Positions 26,343-32,745 of a stretch of DNA of 32,745 bases are shown one piece after another; position 1 is the stretch's first letter, and each line of letters begins with the position of its first letter. Source of the DNA: a virus (taxonomy: Duplodnaviria; Heunggongvirae; Uroviricota; Caudoviricetes); IMG/VR virus record IMGVR_UViG_2531839479_000007; one strand, given 5' to 3'. The notes under the pieces are model-generated. The model made no database searches. It saw only the letters and a list, made by a program, of their open reading frames with translations, and had not been told where the DNA came from. A program made the translations under genes and the position numbers.

Positions 26343-26803
26343 TTTAACCACCCATTTTTTTTAGCATCTGCGACCAACTTGTCGGAATATTGCCAGACAC
26401 CATCATCAGCGATGTAAGCCCTACCAGAAACGCTGTTAAGTGTTTCATATCTAATAGCCAGCCCTAACGGGTGTAGAATTTCGTGATTAACTCTGAAAAC
26501 AAGCCCCTTCTCGCTTAACTCTTTCCAGTTCATTAGGGACATACCGCACTGGACATCTGGCATCATTAACTGAAAACTCAGCATCACATAATTTTCCGCC
26601 CATTCAGATAAATCCGTAACGTTTGTCACCCTCACTGATACACGTTTCCCGGTATATCTGTTTACCGGTTCCCATTCATGCAACCCGAGAATATCACCGC
26701 TAGAATAATCGCGGTCATTGAGACGAAATTCAGCACGTTTTTCCTGAGATATCACAGAGTTAAAATACTCAGGTGCAATTTTTAACTCATGGATTTTGCT
26801 CAT
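26339..26803 (-). CDS. DUF3850-like (ASCH/PUA-like) domain protein with ~75-aa C-terminal extension; accessory gene coupled to A
   Basis: Start set at MSKIHELKIAPEYFNSVISQEKRAEFRLNDRDYSSGDILGLHEW (ATG 26801-26803 overlapping the A stop, TAATG); motif resembles DUF3850 as I recall it; lower GC than A. Confidence 0.55.
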   Translation of the reverse strand: MSKIHELKIAPEYFNSVISQEKRAEFRLNDRDYSSGDILGLHEWEPVNRYTGKRVSVRVTNVTDLSEWAENYVMLSFQLMMPDVQCGMSLMNWKELSEKGLVFRVNHEILHPLGLAIRYETLNSVSGRAYIADDGVWQYSDKLVADAKKNGWLK

Positions 26804-29094
26804 TAATTCTGCTCCTCTTGAATTGAGAATCCCGGCCACTCATCAGCAGCCGCGTATTTGATTTTTTTATCGCCATAAATCACCGTTGCCCCACGCGCCA
26901 GCGCTTCGAGCGCCCACCGTTCCGGGGTAATGCCCTCCTGAGCCAAATCGAAACGAATTTTCGCCACGCGATCCCTTTCTGGTTTTGTCATCCTGGCTGA
27001 TGGAGCTTGCTCGCTCGTTTTGAGTGGCGCATTGCTTCTTTGCTGGCGATTATTGCGAGGTGCGCCAGCTTTTAACGCGCCGTTAAGAACCTTCATGACG
27101 TCTGGCTCATTCCAGCCGATAACCCCGGCCTCAATCAGATTTAACACCGCTGCGGCTTGCTCAGACGGTGTAGGTGTCATAACTGGATCGCCACCGTCGG
27201 CAAGCTTTCCACAGTTATTGACAGGACTCCGAGGCGCGGCAGAGCCGCTTTTTAAGGTCAAAGGCTCAACGGCCAAAACCTTTGGAACTATGCGCCATTC
27301 CGCTGTACGGGTTACATGTACGCGGCTCACCCCAAGATGAGGGGCATAAATACCGACCACTTTCTCGATATCCTCCTCGTATTCGTTTACCTCATCCGTC
27401 ACCTTACGGGCGACCCTGACCGCCTGAGCATCACGCGGCATGTTTGCCCCACCCTGCGCGCTGATGTACAGGTCAAATTCCCCCTCATCTGCAGCAGCCC
27501 GGACGGCCTCGACACGGTCGTCAAACTCGCTGGCGATACTCACCCCGCGCGGCAGCTTACGCAGTTCGCGGTAAGCGCCCATTGTCGGGAGGCCAATCGG
27601 TTTAAACTGAGGGATACGCCATGTAGACGCCCATGCGGTTACGGCTGCGGCCGTATCTTTCAGAGATTTGCCGGTATCGTGATCGAGCTGACCGTCAAGC
27701 GCGTAGCCGTCGATATTTTTGGCAATGTATTTGGCGATATAACCCGCCGCGCCCCCCTGATTAAGGTGACGCGACTCAAAGCGCTGTTTTGCCGCGCCCT
27801 TTTCGTGTCCGTCCTCTTTGAGGGCATAACGACGCATAATTTCGTTGATAGCTTTACGCTGACTGAGTTTGCAAAAAAGCATCATATGCCAGTGTGGCGT
27901 GCCGTCGTGGTGCGGCTCGACAACGCGCATCCCATACACTTCCAAATCGTTATCTTTGAAAGCGGTACGCATCAGGCTCCAGATTCGGCACAGATAGCGC
28001 TGGCCGTTTTTAGGGGTGAATGCGGTTTCGTTCCAGCCGTGATTGAGCTGCACCGTTTTGCTGTCACCTTTGCCGACCTGTCGGGTCGGGTGATACTTCG
28101 ACGGCGTGGTCAGCGTGATAAACATTCCCACATCACCAACGCTGGCCGCATAGCGTTCAATTCCGGCAATGGTGTTCATCAGCTCCATACGGCGTATTTC
28201 AGGGTTTGAAATACTCCCCATGACTTTACTGATGAGGTCGATACGTTCGCCGGTAACTTTGTTTTCCAGCTCACAGGATTTCAGGTATTCGAGATTAGCC
28301 AGCCGGCGCGAGTGAACCTCGCGGATCGCCATTTTGCTGGCGTAAGGTGAACGGTCTTTGTTGACTTCACCGGCAGCGATAAGCAGCGCCTCGCGCCAGC
28401 GCATACGCTGCGCCTTGAGCTGGTTAACCCACCAATCATCTTTTATCAGACGGGAAATAGCGGAAAACGCCATGCGGATCGTCATCTGACCCTTACGGTA
28501 TTTTTTCCAGTAGAGCGGGGTTAAGTTGAACGCGCGTGCAACACCAGCCACCTGACCATATATGTGCACCTGCGCCTCATCGGTGAAAAGGGTCTCTTTA
28601 CCGCCGAATGCCTCAGCCCATTCGTCGCTGAGTTCCTCGTATTTACGCCAGAGCTGCGCGGCAATTCTGGCCGCAAATTTTTTCAGCTCTTTGTCATTCA
28701 TATCAGGCAAGCGCGCATATTCGTCACGCTCAGACAAGAAACCAATCGACGCAGATTCATTCATCCCGCACAGCTCGTTAACGCGCTCAAGACGCGGCAA
28801 CAGCTTCCGCTCAAAGGTGTTTTTCAGGAAATAGAGCGCCCCGGGCGGGCTCTTTGTGCGACGAATGAAGTTATAACGGGAAGTAAACAACGTCTTAAGA
28901 AAGAAAGGCAGGCGGTCAATCCGGTATAAAACACCTTGCACCTGACGGAATTCGGCACGTGTAAGGGGTCTGTCACGGCCAATGGCAGCGCGGGGAGCAT
29001 TCCAGGGATAAGCACCAACGAAAGTATCGCCGGTGCGCTTAGATATTGGCAGGGCTAGCGAGGGGGCAATACGCCCCCGAGTCTCAACGGCCAT
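26803..29094 (-). CDS. A: Replication initiation protein A (rolling-circle nickase)
   Basis: Start set at MAVETRGRIAPSL (ATG 29092-29094); 763 aa; extensive identity to P2 gpA as I recall it, including ...VVEPHHDGTPHWHMMLFC... Confidence 0.9.
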   Translation of the reverse strand: MAVETRGRIAPSLALPISKRTGDTFVGAYPWNAPRAAIGRDRPLTRAEFRQVQGVLYRIDRLPFFLKTLFTSRYNFIRRTKSPPGALYFLKNTFERKLLPRLERVNELCGMNESASIGFLSERDEYARLPDMNDKELKKFAARIAAQLWRKYEELSDEWAEAFGGKETLFTDEAQVHIYGQVAGVARAFNLTPLYWKKYRKGQMTIRMAFSAISRLIKDDWWVNQLKAQRMRWREALLIAAGEVNKDRSPYASKMAIREVHSRRLANLEYLKSCELENKVTGERIDLISKVMGSISNPEIRRMELMNTIAGIERYAASVGDVGMFITLTTPSKYHPTRQVGKGDSKTVQLNHGWNETAFTPKNGQRYLCRIWSLMRTAFKDNDLEVYGMRVVEPHHDGTPHWHMMLFCKLSQRKAINEIMRRYALKEDGHEKGAAKQRFESRHLNQGGAAGYIAKYIAKNIDGYALDGQLDHDTGKSLKDTAAAVTAWASTWRIPQFKPIGLPTMGAYRELRKLPRGVSIASEFDDRVEAVRAAADEGEFDLYISAQGGANMPRDAQAVRVARKVTDEVNEYEEDIEKVVGIYAPHLGVSRVHVTRTAEWRIVPKVLAVEPLTLKSGSAAPRSPVNNCGKLADGGDPVMTPTPSEQAAAVLNLIEAGVIGWNEPDVMKVLNGALKAGAPRNNRQQRSNAPLKTSEQAPSARMTKPERDRVAKIRFDLAQEGITPERWALEALARGATVIYGDKKIKYAAADEWPGFSIQEEQN

Positions 29095-29359
29095 CAGCAC
29101 AAAACGCGGTCTGACATTGCAGTCCCAACTGCTCGACCTGCTCACCCAACGCCGCAAAACTATCAGCACCGCCATTTAAAAGGTCATGTAGCACCAGACC
29201 AGAAATCAGTTTTTGAATCGTCGGGTAATCCCCGACAGTATCAAGCCATTCGCTACCTTTATTTTTTCCAGCAGTCGCCACTTTCTTTTCCTGCAAAATG
29301 AACTGGTAGCGATCGCTTGTAACTACATACTGATGATTTATCTCGATACGGATACTCAT
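29084..29359 (-). CDS. Hypothetical early protein (91 aa), P2 orf82/83-like position
   Basis: ATG at 29357-29359 with AAGGAG 6 nt upstream; TGA at 29084-29086 just before the A start. Confidence 0.6.
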   Translation of the reverse strand: MSIRIEINHQYVVTSDRYQFILQEKKVATAGKNKGSEWLDTVGDYPTIQKLISGLVLHDLLNGGADSFAALGEQVEQLGLQCQTAFCADGR

Positions 29360-29381
29360 TTTTGTCTCCTTCTAAAATTGA

Positions 29382-29600
29382 TTAGCAAGCACAATGAAAA
29401 ATTGAGTTGTGCAATTTTTCGGACTCTTGCCCCAATAGCTCGATGATCTCGGTGCGGTTGAGTTCTAACTTACTGATGTGCGCAATTAGGCGATCAAAAT
29501 GAGAGGATAAACGGGTCGCGGTATCGAGCTGCGCATCGCGCAACGCTTGCGCCAGATGTACCGAGAGCACACACGTCGGCACTTTATTTTGTTTATGCAT
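29382..29600 (-). CDS. Hypothetical early protein (72 aa)
   Basis: ATG at 29598-29600 with GGAG 8 nt upstream; ORF-track start at 29618 is TTG. Confidence 0.5.
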   Translation of the reverse strand: MHKQNKVPTCVLSVHLAQALRDAQLDTATRLSSHFDRLIAHISKLELNRTEIIELLGQESEKLHNSIFHCAC

Positions 29601-29666
29601 TTGCCTATCTCCAGACAAAAGGAATCCCCACGCAGTAAGGCGTGTAATAAAACGAATCCAGATTAA

Positions 29667-30167
29667 TTAATGTAAATACTGCTCAGGCTTTACCGAGGTT
29701 AATATCGTTGGCGCGTGTTCAAATAACCCAAAAAGCTCACGCAAAGCGCGGAATAGTTTCTCTCGCCAATAACAAACATCTTCGTCAATGCGCCAGTAAG
29801 GCTGATTGAACTCGACCTCACTCAATCCCGCGTGTAGAAATAAAGAGCGGCGCTGACCCACCGTTAGAAAACTAATATATGCAGATTCACTTGCGCCAAC
29901 CTGACGACGTTTTGAAAAAGCAGCGCGCAGCTCATCGATAGCACAAGCCAGACGTTCGCGGTCGACATCATTCATTTCTTCAAAGCGCATTACTGCGTGA
30001 CGCTGTTTTAACCGAGCATGAAAACAGACAGTCAAGCGGTCACGCTCCATCATCTGATTATAAAAATCACAGGTATCGTGCCAGCGAGGTTCCGCAAGAT
30101 GCTTTCCTATAACGACGCGTAGAGCTGCAGGTTGTTTTTGAACTAATGCAAGAGTCATAACCGTCAT
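29667..30167 (-). CDS. B: Replication protein B
   Basis: 166 aa, same length as P2 gpB; MTVMTLALVQKQPAAL...ILTSVKPEQYLH closely matches P2 B as I recall it. Confidence 0.9.
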   Translation of the reverse strand: MTVMTLALVQKQPAALRVVIGKHLAEPRWHDTCDFYNQMMERDRLTVCFHARLKQRHAVMRFEEMNDVDRERLACAIDELRAAFSKRRQVGASESAYISFLTVGQRRSLFLHAGLSEVEFNQPYWRIDEDVCYWREKLFRALRELFGLFEHAPTILTSVKPEQYLH

Positions 30168-30334
30168 AACGATATCCCTCGGGATTTCATAAAGCGTTTA
30201 GCCATAGCAATAAATCCAGGCTTGCGAGTGCGGATGATGATGCCTTTACGCCCTTTACCATGAGTGATGTTGAACTTCATCGGGCGTGGACTTTCGTTAC
30301 GCAGTAACTGAGCTATACAACGTGGCTCTTTCAT
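30164..30334 (-). CDS. Small basic hypothetical protein (56 aa), P2 orf78-like position between cox and B
   Basis: ATG at 30332-30334 with AAGGAG 6 nt upstream; stop overlaps the B start (ATGA); ORF-track start at 30358 is GTG. Confidence 0.5.
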   Translation of the reverse strand: MKEPRCIAQLLRNESPRPMKFNITHGKGRKGIIIRTRKPGFIAMAKRFMKSRGISL

Positions 30335-30344
30335 TTCTGGCTCC

Positions 30345-30620
30345 TTATGCTGGTTCACCTAATCCCAACCACATCAACCAACCATCCCGAATTTCTTTAG
30401 GGCGACTGTCATAGGCCATCTTCATGCCTTTGTTCCATGCTGGCAGATATACCCAGTATTCCCCTGCTCTCCCACTTGTAGACTGCGGATCAGTCATCTC
30501 AACTATCGGTAGTTTGCCTTTCTCAATCATCCCTTTGACAGCAGCAGGGGTTTTACCAATAAGACGCGCAAACTCCTGATACGGAACCGCGTCGCTCGCG
30601 CTCTCAATGACCCTATTCAT
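30345..30620 (-). CDS. cox: Cox (excisionase / lytic-lysogenic switch protein)
   Basis: 91 aa; ...PYQEFARLIGK...DPQSTSGRAGEYWVYLPAWN...SRPKEIRDGWLMWLGLGEP closely matches P2 Cox as I recall it. Confidence 0.9.
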   Translation of the reverse strand: MNRVIESASDAVPYQEFARLIGKTPAAVKGMIEKGKLPIVEMTDPQSTSGRAGEYWVYLPAWNKGMKMAYDSRPKEIRDGWLMWLGLGEPA

Positions 30621-30755
30621 TTGTGACTATTCCTCGTTAGTGTTTTAATTGCTCCTAATGGCTTTTAATTGCCATATTGGAGCCATAAATCTGCGGTAAC
30701 GAAGCGAAGACTACTCCGTTATCGTTTTTCTATCAATAGTGGAGTGTTAATTACG
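30621..30755. promoter_or_regulatory. Divergent early (Pe) / repressor (Pc) promoter region with direct-repeat operator half-sites
   Basis: Intergenic between divergent cox and C; direct repeats TTTTAATTGC at 30643-30652 and 30663-30672, 20 bp apart, consistent with a P2-type C operator. Confidence 0.5.
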
Positions 30756-31052
30756 ATGATACCCGTCAACGAGAAGCTGGCCATCATGCGTGAGTCGGAA
30801 CGTATGAATAGAAAAGAATTCAGTGACTTAACTGGAGTTCCGTATAGCTCTCTTTCTAGTTATGAGAAGGGAGTAAAAGATATGGGCATACAAGCAGTGA
30901 TGAAGATTTTGAATCATCCACAGTTCAAAAAATATACCATGTGGTTCATGACTGAGACGATATCACCAGAAGCTGGGCAGATTGCACCGGCTCTCGCGCA
31001 CTTTGGGCAGCAGACAACAACGTCACCCCACTCAGACCAGAAAACTGGCTAA
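30756..31052 (+). CDS. C: Immunity repressor C
   Basis: Start set at MIPVNEKLAIMRESER (ATG 30756); ...DLTGVPY...QIAPALAHFGQQTTTSPHSDQKTG closely matches P2 C as I recall it. Confidence 0.9.
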   Translation: MIPVNEKLAIMRESERMNRKEFSDLTGVPYSSLSSYEKGVKDMGIQAVMKILNHPQFKKYTMWFMTETISPEAGQIAPALAHFGQQTTTSPHSDQKTG

Positions 31053-31148
31053 CCATTTACGGTGCTTATCTGTGCAGTAAATGCACGGTGAGTTTTTGTT
31101 ATTTAAATCAGGAAATTGAAGTACGCAGTAACATCATCGGGAGGCTTT

Positions 31149-32162
31149 ATGTCTGTTAAAAAGCTCGATGATGGTCGTTATGAAGTGGACATTAGACCTG
31201 CAGGGCGCAACGGAAAGCGCATCCGCAGGAAATTTGACAAGAAAAGCGAAGCTATCGCTTTCGAGAAGCATACCCAGTACAACCATCACAACAAAGAATG
31301 GTTGGCGAAACCGACAGATAAGCGGCATCTGTCAGAGCTAACAAAAATCTGGTGGGAGCTGAAAGGCAAGTATGAAACTCACGGCCGAGATTACCTGGGC
31401 AAGTTAGAGTTGTTCACAAAGATAACCAGTGACCCTTGTGCCTTTCAGATTACTAAGTCATTGATAAGCCAATACAGCACTGTGCGGCGTTCTCAAGGCA
31501 TCAAGCCATCGAGTATAAATCGTGATTTAACGTGTCTTAGCGGGATGTTTACCGCGTTGATAGATGCGGAGCTATTTTTCGGGGAGCATCCTTTCCGAGG
31601 TCTTAAAAGACTCAAAGAGGATAAGCCAGAAACCGGCTACCTGACGCAAGAGGAGATCGCGCTTCTGCTGTCAAAAGTGGACGGTGATAATAAAAAAATT
31701 GCGATTCTTTGCCTTAGCACCGGCGCGAGATGGAGTGAGGCAGCAAAACTGAAAGCGGAAAATATCATTCAAAATCGCGTCACTTTCGTTAAGACAAAAA
31801 CCAACAAGCCGCGAACCGTTCCTATATCCGAGGAACTGGCAACAATGATCACAACGGGTAAGCGTGGCTATCTGTTCACTGATGCTAACTATCCCGCGTT
31901 CAGACGGCTAATGAAGGAGCTGAAACCCGACCTACCACCGGGTCAGGCTACGCACGCATTGCGGCACAGCTTCGCCACGCACTTTATGATAAACGGAGGC
32001 AACATTATCACGCTTCAGAGAATACTTGGGCATTCAAGAATTGAGCAGACAATGACATATGCGCACTTCGCCCCTGAGTACCTACAGGACGCGATAACGC
32101 TTAATCCTCTACGTGGTGGTGTTGGCTCTCAGAGTGTCCACACAGTGTCCACAGTAGGGTAG
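31149..32162 (+). CDS. int: Tyrosine integrase
   Basis: Start set at MSVKKLDDGRYEVDIRP (ATG 31149, GGGAGG 4 nt upstream); 337 aa as P2 Int; C-terminal ...HALRHSFATHFMINGGNIITLQRILGHSRIEQTMTYAHF catalytic region. Confidence 0.9.
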   Translation: MSVKKLDDGRYEVDIRPAGRNGKRIRRKFDKKSEAIAFEKHTQYNHHNKEWLAKPTDKRHLSELTKIWWELKGKYETHGRDYLGKLELFTKITSDPCAFQITKSLISQYSTVRRSQGIKPSSINRDLTCLSGMFTALIDAELFFGEHPFRGLKRLKEDKPETGYLTQEEIALLLSKVDGDNKKIAILCLSTGARWSEAAKLKAENIIQNRVTFVKTKTNKPRTVPISEELATMITTGKRGYLFTDANYPAFRRLMKELKPDLPPGQATHALRHSFATHFMINGGNIITLQRILGHSRIEQTMTYAHFAPEYLQDAITLNPLRGGVGSQSVHTVSTVG

Positions 32163-32246
32163 TTTATTATGGCTTTCAGTGGTCTTGCGTGCCGCGCAAA
32201 CCCGCATTGCACCGCTGAAAGCCCCTGTTGTAAGGGTATATAAACG

Positions 32247-32269
32247 CCCTTACACGGGCTTATTTTTTT
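32247..32269. other. att core (right prophage junction), P2-type
   Basis: CCCTTACACGGGCTTATTTTTTT; reverse complement AAAAAAATAAGCCCGTGTAAGGG matches about 22 positions of the P2 27-bp core as I recall it; 85 bp downstream of int. Confidence 0.55.
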
Positions 32270-32332
32270 ATGCATAAGCCCTATCTCTGGTAACCGTCTT
32301 CCATTGACCACATCGATAGAATCTCCCTTCAT

Positions 32333-32365
32333 AGCACGATGCCTTTCACGTAACGGCATCGTGCT
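32333..32365. other. Perfect 11-bp inverted repeat (stem-loop) in the right flank
   Basis: AGCACGATGCC / 11-nt loop / GGCATCGTGCT; no adjacent U-tract; about 60 nt downstream of the lipoprotein gene stop. Confidence 0.3.
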
Positions 32366-32427
32366 CGCACAGGTTCCGGCTAAGCACAACCAGAACGCGC
32401 ATGTTTGACGCTTACCAAAAAATATTC

Positions 32428-32745
32428 TCACTCTCCACATTTGAATGTCAGACGAGCGACGCCATGTAATCCTGCACCTTCTGTCTTCAGGTCAACTATC
32501 TGCATTTTTTTGCCCTGAGTAACACAGAAATGGGCTGCATCATTTTTTACTATATTTTCTGCACCAGATATTCTGCCCCTGGCTAAAGAAGCTTCGGCTT
32601 CGGTGTAGTATTGGTTATCGAGTTTACGCTGAATATTACTTTTATATGCAAGACCAAATTTACCGATACTTGTCTCATCATTATGCACAGCACAACCAGA
32701 CACAATAAAAATACTAATTAATGATATAGCAGCTATCTTTTTCAT
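32428..32745 (-). CDS. Small lipoprotein (flanking gene outside the prophage)
   Basis: 105 aa; ATG at 32743-32745 (window edge); signal peptide MKKIAAISLISIFIVSGC with lipobox; AT-rich. Confidence 0.6.
   Translation of the reverse strand: MKKIAAISLISIFIVSGCAVHNDETSIGKFGLAYKSNIQRKLDNQYYTEAEASLARGRISGAENIVKNDAAHFCVTQGKKMQIVDLKTEGAGLHGVARLTFKCGE

Larger units (their letters stand above)
1015..32269. mobile_element. P2-like (Peduovirus-type) prophage, apparently complete, with integrase, cos and full structural, lysis and replication modules
   Basis: Complete P2 synteny from ogr to int; recognisable P2 homologs throughout; att core-like sequence downstream of int; AT-rich flanks. Confidence 0.85.

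Noticed and set aside
27316-28209. 297-aa plus-strand ORF inside gene A
   Set aside because: Antisense to the replication gene, which has clear P2 similarity on the minus strand
29382-29600. Possible TraR/DksA-type zinc-finger protein
   Set aside because: Lacks the paired CxxC...CxxC arrangement (only C...HCAC); left as hypothetical
32129-32440. 103-aa minus-strand ORF spanning the int 3' end, att core and flank
   Set aside because: Crosses the prophage-host junction and overlaps int antisense; no RBS; likely spurious
1-32745. CRISPR array, IS element or transposase, rRNA
   Set aside because: No regularly spaced direct repeats with unique spacers, no terminal inverted repeats bracketing a transposase-like ORF, and no rRNA-like conserved segments found on reading both strands

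Overview
The window is dominated by one essentially complete P2-like (Peduovirus-type) prophage of about 31 kb, inverted relative to the usual P2 map and bounded by att core-like sequences (left junction near 1011-1024, right core 32247-32269). Gene order left to right: ogr, D, U, T, E/E' (programmed -1 frameshift), FII, FI, G, H, I, J, W, V, an AT-rich single-gene moron, S, R, lysC/lysB, a pinholin/SAR-endolysin reading frame, X, L, M, N, O (all minus strand); P and Q (plus); an AT-rich two-gene cargo cassette (ABC/OLD-type ATPase plus a 370-aa partner, minus); a cos-like 19-mer; a small coupled ORF and a DUF3850-like gene; A, three small early ORFs, B, cox (minus); C and int (plus). Identifications rest on similarity of the translated ORFs to P2 proteins as I recall them (no search was run), on conserved synteny, and on stop/start overlaps and Shine-Dalgarno sequences read from the DNA. 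Several ORF-track starts are TTG/GTG codons; I reset starts to the ATG that matches the P2 homolog or has a proper RBS. Flanking the prophage are AT-rich genes: a trypsin-like serine protease with a C-terminal SEC-C motif (1-852) and a small lipoprotein (32428-32745). The most interesting content is accessory: (i) the ATPase+partner operon between the portal gene and cos, in the variable locus where P2 relatives carry anti-phage genes, a strong candidate defence system whose family I cannot assign by eye; (ii) a 3-TM membrane-protein moron at the S-V site; (iii) a DUF3850-like gene plus small ORF coupled to the end of gene A where P2 has orf91/tin/old; (iv) an unusual in-frame pinholin/SAR-endolysin arrangement. 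No tRNA, rRNA, CRISPR array or IS element was recognised. GC statements are by eye, not computed.
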